From: a virus
Taxonomy: Duplodnaviria > Caudoviricetes
Direction: 5' to 3' (one strand)
DNA: 64,000 nt
IMG/VR virus record: IMGVR_UViG_3300012952_002053
Coordinates: 1-64,000 of that record
Below, piece after piece: positions 19,548 to 29,295 of the stretch. The notes beneath the pieces were generated by a model. It was given only the letters and a program-made list of their open reading frames with translations. It had not been told where the DNA came from and ran no database searches. The stretch's first letter is position 1. Every line of letters starts with the position of its first letter. The translations under genes were made by a program, and so were the position numbers.

Positions 19548-20864
19548 TTATCTATTCCTTGTGTTACCGTAATGTATTACAGTTATTCCTGGCGCTTCTG
19601 GAGTTTTTCTCCATGGGTCTATGATAACACTTCCTTCAGCAAAACCTAAGTTGCTACCATTAGCAGTTGTAATAAAACTGGCTTCCTCACCTGTTGTAGT
19701 ATGATTACCATACCACCCAGGTACAGTATCTAACTGTTCACCATATGTGACTTGAGGATTATGTGCTAGTAAATATACTGCTGGTTGACTTAGTACTTCT
19801 ACTGGAGGTATGTCACCTGTTTGCTCATCGTAGTAATATAGTGTACCACCTAACTCCTGGACATAATGTCCTACAAGCATACTACTTGAACCTGCTTCAT
19901 AAGGAACCATTGGCTTATATGCTTTACCTACAATAATTATAGGTTTGCTAGTATAAGTAACTCCCTCCTTCATAAAGCCTGAAGTATGTTTGACTAATTC
20001 CTTAGCCATGTTCTCTGCTTGTACTTCTCTACTACGCATTACCGCATCAAATAAGTCGTAACCTAATCCAAGTTCTTCTGCCATAAAACGTAAAGCAATG
20101 TTGTCTCTAGGGTGACAAGCACCACCATCGCCCATACCTGGCTTCATATAACCTGGTCCCATAATACGTCTGTCGCTGTTAGCAAGAGCATCACATACAA
20201 CTTCTGCATTGATGTTGCCTTGCTTTTCTGCTACGTCTTGTATCATGTTTACTAAACTTACTTTTGCACTAATAAAAGTATTGTAAAAGACTTTGATACA
20301 TTCTACTTCGTCCCATGTACCTATTACATAGTTGGGTTCGTTTTGCATAATGGTATCATAAAAGTCTCTTAATTGTTTGGCATCTCCAGTTTCTGAACCG
20401 TCTTCGGTTCCTATCATTACCATCTCTGGATTAACCATGTCCCACTTAACTGTACCCATAGCAATTAAGTATGGGTTGTAGACAAATCTTGCATTGCCTA
20501 TAAGTTGAACAAATTCACGTCTTACTGTACCTGGTAAGACAGTTGATATAAGGACTACTAGTTGTTCTTTTGTCGCCACAGCATTTACCTGGCTAAGAAC
20601 ATTTTTTACAGTATTGTAATCGAAGTCCTTGTTTGGTAAATGGCTGGTAGGTGCCTTTCCATCATATTGTGGATCATGTGGAGTTTGAACTGCAACAAAG
20701 ACTATGTCTTTACCTTTTACAGCATCTTCCATTTTATTAACCATTGCAAAGTTTTCAGGCTCTACAGGGTTAATATCATACCCAACAACATCATGTACCT
20801 CGGCGACCATTTCAGCACAGGCTTGTCCTAACTTGCCTACGCCGATAAATCCGATTGAGGCCAT
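19548..20864 (-). CDS. ugd: UDP-glucose/GDP-mannose dehydrogenase family protein
   Basis: GVGKLG Rossmann motif, FVAVQTP, ISTVLPGT, YNP, KVFYNTFISAKVSLVN, GDGGACHPRD (catalytic Cys). AGGAG SD. Confidence 0.92.
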   Translation of the reverse strand: MASIGFIGVGKLGQACAEMVAEVHDVVGYDINPVEPENFAMVNKMEDAVKGKDIVFVAVQTPHDPQYDGKAPTSHLPNKDFDYNTVKNVLSQVNAVATKEQLVVLISTVLPGTVRREFVQLIGNARFVYNPYLIAMGTVKWDMVNPEMVMIGTEDGSETGDAKQLRDFYDTIMQNEPNYVIGTWDEVECIKVFYNTFISAKVSLVNMIQDVAEKQGNINAEVVCDALANSDRRIMGPGYMKPGMGDGGACHPRDNIALRFMAEELGLGYDLFDAVMRSREVQAENMAKELVKHTSGFMKEGVTYTSKPIIIVGKAYKPMVPYEAGSSSMLVGHYVQELGGTLYYYDEQTGDIPPVEVLSQPAVYLLAHNPQVTYGEQLDTVPGWYGNHTTTGEEASFITTANGSNLGFAEGSVIIDPWRKTPEAPGITVIHYGNTRNR

Positions 20865-20913
20865 TTTTATCTCCTAATTTAGTTTGTTGTGTGTGTAGAA
20901 TTAACTACTAGTA

Positions 20914-20921
20914 TATTTATC
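20914..20921 (-). promoter_or_regulatory. T4-late-like promoter GATAAATA heading the 20864-1352 operon
   Basis: Intergenic GATAAATA-N5-GTAGTTAA, then a CA-rich leader and AGGAG SD. The layout is identical to the site at 33436-33443. Confidence 0.65.
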
Positions 20922-20959
20922 ATCTAAAATAAACATAGTATTTAAGTTGTGATTTGTTA

Positions 20960-21967
20960 TTAAATGCTTATTTCTACTTGATTCCTAAACTCGTCACTTT
21001 GCAAATGTAAAAAATTAGCGGCCCGGCGTTGTGCTGTATTATGATATATGTCCATAATATTATCGTTAAGTCGCTCGATTTCTTGTACGCACATTGTAAT
21101 ACGTTTTACTAAGTCCTGTTCTTCATCATATGAATGGTCAATGAAGTCTCTAAAAACATCAAAACCAAAATGTTCTAATTTTTTTATAGAGCCTGGTGCA
21201 TTTATAGACAGAAATAATTGTTTTGCATATATAGGCTTCCATGTTTTCTCTGTAAAAAAGAGTCGAGTAAACGAACTTTCTGTTATAACATGTAGTGCTG
21301 TTTGATTGTATGCAGGACTGCTCACGGTGTGGTCATTGAGGTATGGGTTTCTGTCAGCATTGTCATCTATAGTAATAGGACAAATATGCTTGAGTGTATT
21401 AGAAAAATAATTGTATTCATCAGCATAATTTATAATATCTTGTTTCCAATAATCTGTTTTCAAGTGATTCCTATTATGCTCCTGCTTATCCCAAAGGAAA
21501 CTATGTAACACAGAATCTTGTAGATTATACTGATAAATTTTGTTAAGTGTAATCAGTCTGTGTATTTTAGGTACAGAATTAAGACAGGAAAATTTTTGTG
21601 TTATAGGCTTTTCTTCAAAAGGATAAACTGCTCGACTGTACCGCAAGTGAAAATAAGATGTATAATGTTTCTCATTAGCATCATCGCTGAGTACTATTAC
21701 TTTTTTACTGCTATGCTTATCAACAAAAGACTGCACTAACTCCAGGTGTCCTACTGAGTCTACAGGGTTGTGACTCATGTCTAACACTATAGTATCGAAC
21801 TGTTCGAGTTCTGGCAGTTCTTGAGTATAAAGGTTGTCGTTTACTATAATGTAGTTATCGCTGATACCTAACTTGTTGGATATCCATGGTATGAGATATT
21901 TTCTACTAACAGTTCCAGTTTTATATACTTCTGCTAAGTCTACAATATTTTTATCTGTTATGTGCAT
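20960..21967 (-). CDS. Putative GT-B glycosyltransferase, paralogue A
   Basis: FSCLNSVPKIHRL, VITES..FFTEKTWKP, LEHFGFDVF...IDHSYD. The E-x(n)-TEK motif resembles the GT10 fucosyltransferase motif. Confidence 0.55.
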   Translation of the reverse strand: MHITDKNIVDLAEVYKTGTVSRKYLIPWISNKLGISDNYIIVNDNLYTQELPELEQFDTIVLDMSHNPVDSVGHLELVQSFVDKHSSKKVIVLSDDANEKHYTSYFHLRYSRAVYPFEEKPITQKFSCLNSVPKIHRLITLNKIYQYNLQDSVLHSFLWDKQEHNRNHLKTDYWKQDIINYADEYNYFSNTLKHICPITIDDNADRNPYLNDHTVSSPAYNQTALHVITESSFTRLFFTEKTWKPIYAKQLFLSINAPGSIKKLEHFGFDVFRDFIDHSYDEEQDLVKRITMCVQEIERLNDNIMDIYHNTAQRRAANFLHLQSDEFRNQVEISI

Positions 21968-23103
21968 ATCTGTTGTAAGATACTTTCAAAATATTTTTTC
22001 TTATCCCATTCTTGCAAAGTAAGTATATTTTGTTTTGCTATTTCTCTTATCCTATGCCAATCGTATGAATCAATCTTTTTAATTATTTCCACAATGTTGT
22101 TATTAGTTGTCTTGTAATCTTCGTCTATGTAGTTGCCAAAAATTTCTTTATAAGAATTATATCCCATATCTTCTAAAGCATCCAATGTATGTATTGTACC
22201 ATGTATTAAGAAAGGCATGCCATAACGTATAGGCTTAAATGTTTTTTCTGTAATTTGTGTTATTGGATATATTCCATTTTGCTGTTCCGGAAAAGATTCT
22301 AATGCAATCCAAACTTTAGATTTTTCTATCCATTGTCTTTTTATAATTCTATCTTTTTCTTGATCCGGCTCGTCTTCATACTTAGGATTAATAATATGCT
22401 TTGCCCAACTGCCTACAATATTATGTTCTACTAAACTGTTGTTAATTAGTTTAAACCAAAAGTCTAGTCTGTGTGGTTTTTCTTTTCCTATTAAACATGT
22501 AAAGTCATGTTCTTTGTTATTATGTGTATTAGTATCTATGAATGCATTCATGTCTACATGTTCTATAAAAGGTGCTCTAATAATTGAACTAGCATCAGTA
22601 AAACTTAAAAAGGCTTCGCTGTGCCACATGTTAGGACATACCCAGTTTATATTTGGATAACGTTCTTTTAACCTTGGGTCCATATTGTCGAGTACAAATG
22701 TAAAACTTTTTGCTGTGTCTACACAATCAAACAATGTGGGATCATCAAAAACTCTAGGCATCATATCTAATTGGTCGTCAAATGGAATACCAATTATCCA
22801 AGGTTCATACATGTTTGTTACAATAATATTTTTATCTTTAATCCAACTTCTGTCTTTTAATGCAAAAAATTGAAACGTAGACATCTCAAAGTATGCTGTA
22901 TTACGCATTAGGTTTACGTCTTTGAACTCAACTACATCTGGTACTCCATCTGTTAGTTGTGCATATACACTAAAGATATCGTGTACCGACTCCATTGCTT
23001 TTGGATCATTTAAAAATCTTCTTTGGAAATTAGACGCATGATTATATCTAGTATCTTCGAAGTCTTCTCTTTTAAACTTTATAGATTTAATACTAATAGC
23101 CAT
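21958..23103 (-). CDS. Putative GT-B glycosyltransferase, paralogue B
   Basis: FTCLIGKEKPHRL, IALES..ITEKTFKP..GMPFLIHG..LEDMGY. Confidence 0.55.
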   Translation of the reverse strand: MAISIKSIKFKREDFEDTRYNHASNFQRRFLNDPKAMESVHDIFSVYAQLTDGVPDVVEFKDVNLMRNTAYFEMSTFQFFALKDRSWIKDKNIIVTNMYEPWIIGIPFDDQLDMMPRVFDDPTLFDCVDTAKSFTFVLDNMDPRLKERYPNINWVCPNMWHSEAFLSFTDASSIIRAPFIEHVDMNAFIDTNTHNNKEHDFTCLIGKEKPHRLDFWFKLINNSLVEHNIVGSWAKHIINPKYEDEPDQEKDRIIKRQWIEKSKVWIALESFPEQQNGIYPITQITEKTFKPIRYGMPFLIHGTIHTLDALEDMGYNSYKEIFGNYIDEDYKTTNNNIVEIIKKIDSYDWHRIREIAKQNILTLQEWDKKKYFESILQQICT

Positions 23104-24448
23104 ACTTCACCTTTAATGCTGAACGACTAAATGGATCTTGTTTTGCAGTATTTAAAAATAAATTTTTATTGATTTCTATTTTTTCTTGAACTTCTTTACT
23201 CCAAAATATGTCATGTATTTCTTCAATTGGCTTTTCTAAAAATTTTGATATCTCACGTTTAATTAATTCTAAACGAACAGCATCGTCCTCAACTGTATCA
23301 AATGACTCGTCCCAAAACTCTGGAAACGTTGCATAGCCTAAACTTCTTAAATGATTGTAAGTCCTAGGTAATCCTACAACAAGCACAGGCAGTTCATAAT
23401 AATATGCTTTGAATGTTTTTTCTGTAACAAAGCCTTCTATTATTTGTAATTGGTCATTATATGTTCCCCAACCGTTAGGACTTTCAGAACCTACAGGATC
23501 ATGACTGCCATAAAATAAAGTTTCGTTTGCTATCCAACTATATGTGTTTGATATAATTCTCCATGGAACAGAATCTTGATTACGCATAAAATTATGGTCA
23601 AACAGTCGTTTAAATTTTGGAGTTATTTCTTTTTCTAAGTATATTTCTTTTTCTCTGTACGAATAGTATATGTCATCTTTAAAATTTTCTATGCAATCAA
23701 CAATTTCACTTCTATGTCTCTTCTCAAAATTATTTAAACAAATGGTTTTCTTTTTTCTTATTTTGTTTTTAGTTTTTTCTACAATACGTTTAGGTAAATT
23801 CTTTTTGCCTGGACTGTCAAATATTCTAGCATGATATATTGTATAGTATTGTACATCTGCATTTGGAAATGCTCTTCTGTATTTACGCACAATTTTATTA
23901 TTGCACATTAAAAACTTTAATTTTTCTTCGGGCCAATTTCTAAAACAATGTTTAAACTTTTCAAGTCTATCAAAATCAAGATATGTGTCTGTGTACATGT
24001 CCCAACCATTTACAAAACAAAAATGTATGTTATCACAATCAAGTTCTACAATTTGTTCTATTATGTTTTCATATGAAACATTTTTATCATTTAAAGGAAA
24101 TGTAGATATGCCCGTGGTAAAATAAAATGTTTTGTCTGGATATGTTTCACATAATTTTTTAAGGTCTAAAAGTTTGTGGTCTTCCGACATTAATATTCTT
24201 GCTACAAAGACATTTGTAAAATTGCCTTCTGCTATGTATGGACTTATACTCACTAACTGATTATTGTCTGCAAGTATTCTGCTATGGTCACTGGATAGTC
24301 CACCCATATCGTCACCTGTAGCCAATGTTGATACAACAAAGAATTCATCTATTTTGTCTATTGTGTCTTTATACTTTAATGACTTAGTGCTTAGTATTTC
24401 GTTTATTCTCCAAACTAATGCGTCATTGTATGTTACATAGTCTAACAT
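23093..24448 (-). CDS. Putative GT-B glycosyltransferase, paralogue C
   Basis: ICLNNFEKRHR, IANET..FVTEKTFKA..LPVLVVG..LRSLGYATF...DESFD. Probable start at 24448; the track starts at 24496. Confidence 0.55.
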   Translation of the reverse strand: MLDYVTYNDALVWRINEILSTKSLKYKDTIDKIDEFFVVSTLATGDDMGGLSSDHSRILADNNQLVSISPYIAEGNFTNVFVARILMSEDHKLLDLKKLCETYPDKTFYFTTGISTFPLNDKNVSYENIIEQIVELDCDNIHFCFVNGWDMYTDTYLDFDRLEKFKHCFRNWPEEKLKFLMCNNKIVRKYRRAFPNADVQYYTIYHARIFDSPGKKNLPKRIVEKTKNKIRKKKTICLNNFEKRHRSEIVDCIENFKDDIYYSYREKEIYLEKEITPKFKRLFDHNFMRNQDSVPWRIISNTYSWIANETLFYGSHDPVGSESPNGWGTYNDQLQIIEGFVTEKTFKAYYYELPVLVVGLPRTYNHLRSLGYATFPEFWDESFDTVEDDAVRLELIKREISKFLEKPIEEIHDIFWSKEVQEKIEINKNLFLNTAKQDPFSRSALKVKYGY

Positions 24449-24450
24449 GT

Positions 24451-25872
24451 TTACCTGCTGTTGTGTTTCGGGTCTGTGCGACTCCACCAGTCCCAAAGTT
24501 CTGGGTCCGCACTATATATTTCTTCTATTGTAATACTGTTACCTGGGTAACCGTCCTCTCTAATTCTTGCTATTTCTCTTTGCCATTGCCTACCATTGAA
24601 GAACTGATCCTCTGCTGTATCAGGAAACTGTTCTTGAAACGTAGGTGTATTTAATATTTGATTAAGTTGATTAATTACTGTTTGCTGTTTGGGTGTTATA
24701 ATAGGTGTAAGGTCTTCTATTAGTTTACGCACAATCCTATCTAATATGTGTCTGGGCCAACTCATAAAACTAAACACAATGTCAGGATGGAATGCAAACA
24801 TATTCTTTGTTTCTATTTTAACATCTAGTTCTAATGCATAGTTTACAAAATCACGTAAGCCAAATAGCCCTGGTCCTGTTAGTGTTAGATCCATTAGCAT
24901 TTTATCGTTGCCGCCTGGTAATGCTACACCTTCTCTAAAGTTTTGGTCCCACTCTTCCCAATCAAGTCCTGTTCTAATAAACTCTCCTATACGTCCTATA
25001 CCGTCTATACTTGCACACATAGTCCAGTCTTTTGCTTGTGGTAACCAATCATATAAGTAATGCTTTCCATAACGCACTCTGCTTAAATTACTATTGTATC
25101 TTAAATGAACTTTGTTTAAATTATTATCTTCAGCAAGTCTATTCATTGCTCGCCAATGTATATCGTACATTAAAGGTTCACCACCTACCCAATAAATTTC
25201 TTCTACAATACCTCTGCAAATGCTATCCCAAAACTCTTCTTCCACAACTTCCTTTTGAAACTTTTCTATAATCTTTTTATTTTCCGGAACCATGAACGGT
25301 TGATTCTCAGGAGTCCAATGGTCATGTTTTCTTTTCTCAGCCTCCCAAGAAGAACTTAGTTGCTCTCCACACATTCTACATTTAAAGTTACATAAGTTGC
25401 TTACACGATAATCAAAACTGATAGGCTCCATTGTAGTATAGCCGTTTTCATCTGTACTATCAAAGCATTGGTCTATTTTGTCATTAAACAAGAATCCTGT
25501 AAACCATTGTCTGTAATTACTTTGACTTAACAAATTATCGTTACACACATCACATTGTGGAATCTTTTCACCTGCCATAAGTTTCTTTCTTATATCCATC
25601 ATGTATGGACTGTTCCAATGTTCTTTAAGTGTAACAACATGTTGCTTATAATCTTCTATAGTACCAGACTCTTTTACAGCACCATACTTTGCATCATTAC
25701 TGGCATCTATATATTGTTTTTGGAATTTGTGTTCTTCTCTACTAGCACAACACATACGTCTTTCTGATTGTGGACTGATATAGGTATGGGTCCAAGGTGC
25801 TGTACAAAACACTTTGTTTTCTGAATCAGGATGAACGTTTCCGTGTTCCCATTTTGGTTTAATTTTTTTCAT
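24451..25872 (-). CDS. N-terminal twitch-domain radical SAM protein #6
   Basis: FCTAPWTH..CC..CDVC, CNFKCRMC, WVGGEP, YNSNL, SIDG. Confidence 0.9.
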   Translation of the reverse strand: MKKIKPKWEHGNVHPDSENKVFCTAPWTHTYISPQSERRMCCASREEHKFQKQYIDASNDAKYGAVKESGTIEDYKQHVVTLKEHWNSPYMMDIRKKLMAGEKIPQCDVCNDNLLSQSNYRQWFTGFLFNDKIDQCFDSTDENGYTTMEPISFDYRVSNLCNFKCRMCGEQLSSSWEAEKRKHDHWTPENQPFMVPENKKIIEKFQKEVVEEEFWDSICRGIVEEIYWVGGEPLMYDIHWRAMNRLAEDNNLNKVHLRYNSNLSRVRYGKHYLYDWLPQAKDWTMCASIDGIGRIGEFIRTGLDWEEWDQNFREGVALPGGNDKMLMDLTLTGPGLFGLRDFVNYALELDVKIETKNMFAFHPDIVFSFMSWPRHILDRIVRKLIEDLTPIITPKQQTVINQLNQILNTPTFQEQFPDTAEDQFFNGRQWQREIARIREDGYPGNSITIEEIYSADPELWDWWSRTDPKHNSR

Positions 25873-26428
25873 ATATTCCTGACCAACAATTATGTTTACT
25901 TTTTTCCCAGCCTGTTAAATCTATATCATTGTAAGATTCATTTAATATTTTTTGTGTATATCCTACACTTTCTAAAAGCCTAGTAATTTCCTTTTCGTTC
26001 AATCTAAAATTAAATTGAAAAGGATTACTTATACCTCTATCACTAAATGCATTACCTGGTAAATTAAATTCTTCTTCATCTATGCTTAATATACAATGTA
26101 TAGATTCTATGATTAACGTTTTAGGTTCGCTTATATTAATTATCTGTTCTAGTAAATGTATTGGGCTATGTAAATGATACAATAAACCCATACACACTAC
26201 AACATCATATTTCCCGTGGCTATTTTTATAAAAGTCGTTTGCTGTACCTACAAATGTATTTGCATTTAAAGGTGCTACATCTGTGTTAGGCTCTACACTT
26301 AACACTTTTTTAGGTTTGTGTTTTAATATTTCTTTAGTAAAGTGTCCAGCAAAACTTCCAAGTTCTAAAACTGTTTTGTCTTCACAATGTGCAAATAATG
26401 TATCCAGTACGTCACTATATTTCTTCAT
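25859..26428 (-). CDS. Class I SAM-dependent methyltransferase
   Basis: VLELGSFAG (motif I), LSVEP, YDVVVCMGLLYHL. Confidence 0.85.
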   Translation of the reverse strand: MKKYSDVLDTLFAHCEDKTVLELGSFAGHFTKEILKHKPKKVLSVEPNTDVAPLNANTFVGTANDFYKNSHGKYDVVVCMGLLYHLHSPIHLLEQIINISEPKTLIIESIHCILSIDEEEFNLPGNAFSDRGISNPFQFNFRLNEKEITRLLESVGYTQKILNESYNDIDLTGWEKSKHNCWSGIYEKN

Positions 26429-28103
26429 CTACTGTTCCGCCTAATCCATCAACTTCTGTGTCCCAGCCTATACTACTGCCTGCCTTACGTTTTATATTTG
26501 GATTATAATCTGGGTCGTCTTTATATTTTTCATCATCATAGTCATCATCACTTTCACCTGTTTGGCGTCCACGCACTTTCATTTCTACAACTTTTACTTC
26601 ACCATCTTCTGTTACAATACGTTTAGCATATAATGTATTAGTTACACCAACACTATCTGGTGCTTGTATATCATTTATTTCATCGTCTGATATATCTTTT
26701 ACTTCAATACTATCATACCATTCTGTTAATCTTGGAAATGTTTCTCTGAAATTAAATCCACGTCTTGCATCATATTGTTCATAAAATACTTTAAAGTCAT
26801 GGTGTAATAAATCTTGTTCTGCTGTATTTCTATGAGGAGTCTTAACAACATCTAAATATTCTATTAGTCTACTAATTTGATCCTGCTCCCATGGTTGCAA
26901 TAACTCTGCACCTGTTATCTCAGACTTTTCACCTTTGTCCCTTACTGCTTGTAGCCAATCACTTATCTCATCATGATACATTTTTCTTAAATGGTCTGGT
27001 AATGTTAGTGGACTTTGGAAACTTGGAAAACGTAATATGTTTACACTAATGCCTGGAACATGATGTCCATATTTACGTTTCATGTCTAAGCACCAATCCC
27101 AAAACTCTGTAATACTATCTAAGCACAATGCATTAATAGTCATCATCATATGTACGCCTTCGTATCTTGCCTCTGTGGCAAAACGTTCAAACTGGCTAGT
27201 CCATATTTCCCAATCTAATCCATCTCTAATATATTCTGCTTGTGGACCCTTTGCTTCACAACTAGTATATACATGGAAGTGGTCTATGTGTTGTGTAGCA
27301 TCTATAAACTTATTAAGTAAACCTTCTTTAGCCATTAAGTTACTGTTGATAGCAAGACGCATGTTTTTTGCATTGGGTTCATCTGTTTCTTTAAACCAAT
27401 CAAACAATTTGTATATGCTAGGAGTCATTAATGGCTCTCCACCTGTAACTCTTATCTCTTCTAGTTCTTTACTTAGTTCGGGCCACCATCTCCAAAAAGC
27501 ATCCACATAAGGATTATCTTCTCCTTGGTCAAAAGGTTCGGCGTATGGTGCGTCATCAATAAAGTGTCCACGTGCATCACTCTTAATACCTTGATAGCCT
27601 CCGTTAGTACGAATATCTTTTACCCATGTGCTACTAAATGCTGGATTACAATAACTACATGCTAACTGACATGTTCTATCAAATGCAACTTCACATGTTT
27701 TTAAATTTACATCTTCGTTAGGATCTGCTGTTGCGGCCCATTCTAAATCTCTATCTTCATATATAACTGTTTTATATACTCTGTCTGACACAGGTACATT
27801 ACCATCTGCGTCTTTACCCATGTCCTCAATCTTCCAACAATACTCACACTCTTTAGGACGTGAACCTGTTTGCATCATGTCACGCATTTTCTTTTTGTGT
27901 CTACTATTGTGTATAGCACTAGGATTTGTTTTTATCTCTTCTAAATCTATTTGGTGTGCAGGAGGGTGATGGCAACTAGTTGTTCCACCATGTCCTAACC
28001 ATATTGTAGCATTGTACCATTTAGCACCACAAAAACTTTCAGAGACGGAATCAATCATCCTCTCTTTAAATTCTCTATGTGACTCTCCTACTTTTCTAAC
28101 CAT
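26415..28103 (-). CDS. Radical SAM protein #7 (CxHP subtype of the N-terminal auxiliary domain)
   Basis: FCGAKW..SCHHPP..CEYC, CQLACSYC, VTGGEP, INSNL. Long acidic C-terminal tail. Confidence 0.9.
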   Translation of the reverse strand: MVRKVGESHREFKERMIDSVSESFCGAKWYNATIWLGHGGTTSCHHPPAHQIDLEEIKTNPSAIHNSRHKKKMRDMMQTGSRPKECEYCWKIEDMGKDADGNVPVSDRVYKTVIYEDRDLEWAATADPNEDVNLKTCEVAFDRTCQLACSYCNPAFSSTWVKDIRTNGGYQGIKSDARGHFIDDAPYAEPFDQGEDNPYVDAFWRWWPELSKELEEIRVTGGEPLMTPSIYKLFDWFKETDEPNAKNMRLAINSNLMAKEGLLNKFIDATQHIDHFHVYTSCEAKGPQAEYIRDGLDWEIWTSQFERFATEARYEGVHMMMTINALCLDSITEFWDWCLDMKRKYGHHVPGISVNILRFPSFQSPLTLPDHLRKMYHDEISDWLQAVRDKGEKSEITGAELLQPWEQDQISRLIEYLDVVKTPHRNTAEQDLLHHDFKVFYEQYDARRGFNFRETFPRLTEWYDSIEVKDISDDEINDIQAPDSVGVTNTLYAKRIVTEDGEVKVVEMKVRGRQTGESDDDYDDEKYKDDPDYNPNIKRKAGSSIGWDTEVDGLGGTVDEEI

Positions 28104-28695
28104 CGAAATTTCCTACGTCAAAACTTAAAGTTCTCATTTGAGTGTTATCCTCTAATTCAATTACCCATTCAATCATTTCTGCTACACTATCAGCAGTCAT
28201 CATTATATCTTCTATGTTATTTACACCTTTTAGCCATGCAGTACTGTCTGTGTCTACCATTCCAGGTTTAATCATAGTTACTCTACACATACCAGGTTTA
28301 AACTGATTTGCTAACTGTAAACATGCCCAATCCAATCTTGCTTTGTCACTTACATAAGGTGTCCAGTCTTTATTGTAACCCATTTGTGCAAAGTTACTAA
28401 TACTATCGCTACTAATAGCACCCATATTAATAATTAACTTAGGTGTGTTTACCCATTGTTCATACATTGTATATAACAGTCTTACTTGATTGTCCGGCAC
28501 ATAAGCATTGTTTACCAATACATCGGCATCCCATTCCAAGCACTCATTAACAACTTTCTTTACTGTGCTTACACGTTGCAAGTTGTATCCTGTACTTTGA
28601 CTAAAGCCTTTTACTTCATAGTTGTCTTGGTCTAGTCTATCTACTAATGCTTTACCAATGCCTCTTGTATGTCCTGTTATTGCTATCTTTTTCAT
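28096..28695 (-). CDS. Short-chain dehydrogenase/reductase (SDR)
   Basis: ITGHTRGIG (TGxxxGIG), LVNNA, YVSDK (YxxxK), IKPGMVDT. Confidence 0.85.
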   Translation of the reverse strand: MKKIAITGHTRGIGKALVDRLDQDNYEVKGFSQSTGYNLQRVSTVKKVVNECLEWDADVLVNNAYVPDNQVRLLYTMYEQWVNTPKLIINMGAISSDSISNFAQMGYNKDWTPYVSDKARLDWACLQLANQFKPGMCRVTMIKPGMVDTDSTAWLKGVNNIEDIMMTADSVAEMIEWVIELEDNTQMRTLSFDVGNFDG

Positions 28696-28696
28696 A

Positions 28697-28867
28697 TTAA
28701 ATTTCTATCATATCAAAGTCATCTTTGCCTACGCCACATTCCGGGCAATACCAATCATCTGGTACATCTTCCCATTTAGTGCCTGGCTCAATACCATCTT
28801 CAGGAACTCCATGCTCCTCATAGTATATCCATCCACAAACAATACATTCATATGTTTTAAATTCCAT
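28697..28867 (-). CDS. rub: Rubredoxin (56 aa; missing from the ORF track)
   Basis: Hand translation: MEFKTYECIVCGWIYYEEHGVPEDGIEPGTKWEDVPDDWYCPECGVGKDDFDMIEI*. It has CxxCG and WxCPxCG and abuts the flanking genes. Confidence 0.95.
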   Translation of the reverse strand: MEFKTYECIVCGWIYYEEHGVPEDGIEPGTKWEDVPDDWYCPECGVGKDDFDMIEI

Positions 28868-29122
28868 TTACTCAATGACTTCCTCTAGTATGCCTAACAG
28901 TTCTGCTAATAATAAACTAATTGCTAATACTACTATACTCATTGACGCCCATGCCCAAATACATCCGCCAATTCTGATAGCACTTTTAACCATGCTTATT
29001 TTATAATGCATGTTGCCTGGGTCTTTTCCTATACTCATATAATTCTCCGCTATTTGACTACCAGGCAAATCTTCTCGCCTCTTAGGTAATCTGTCTAAAT
29101 GTCTTTTTAAACTTTGTTCCAT
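28868..29122 (-). CDS. Small membrane protein, hypothetical (84 aa)
   Basis: DPG..HYKISMVKSAIRI and a hydrophobic C-terminus ending AELLGILEE. Coupled within the operon. Confidence 0.65.
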   Translation of the reverse strand: MEQSLKRHLDRLPKRREDLPGSQIAENYMSIGKDPGNMHYKISMVKSAIRIGGCIWAWASMSIVVLAISLLLAELLGILEEVIE

Positions 29123-29295
29123 ATTCTTTCGTGTATATAATAAATTACCATCTTAGCAAAAAATTCTATGCCTCCAATGGCTAATGCTACACTTACATCT
29201 CCAATAATAAAATATGCTATTCCAATTGTCGTGAGTGTTGCTGTAATTCTCCATGTAAATGTTTTTAGTAAACTTCTAAGTTTGCTTTCCTTCAT
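29107..29295 (-). CDS. DUF2061-type small membrane protein
   Basis: RSLLKTFTWRITAT...YYIHERIW signature. This family commonly lies next to APS kinase genes. Confidence 0.85.
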   Translation of the reverse strand: MKESKLRSLLKTFTWRITATLTTIGIAYFIIGDVSVALAIGGIEFFAKMVIYYIHERIWNKV

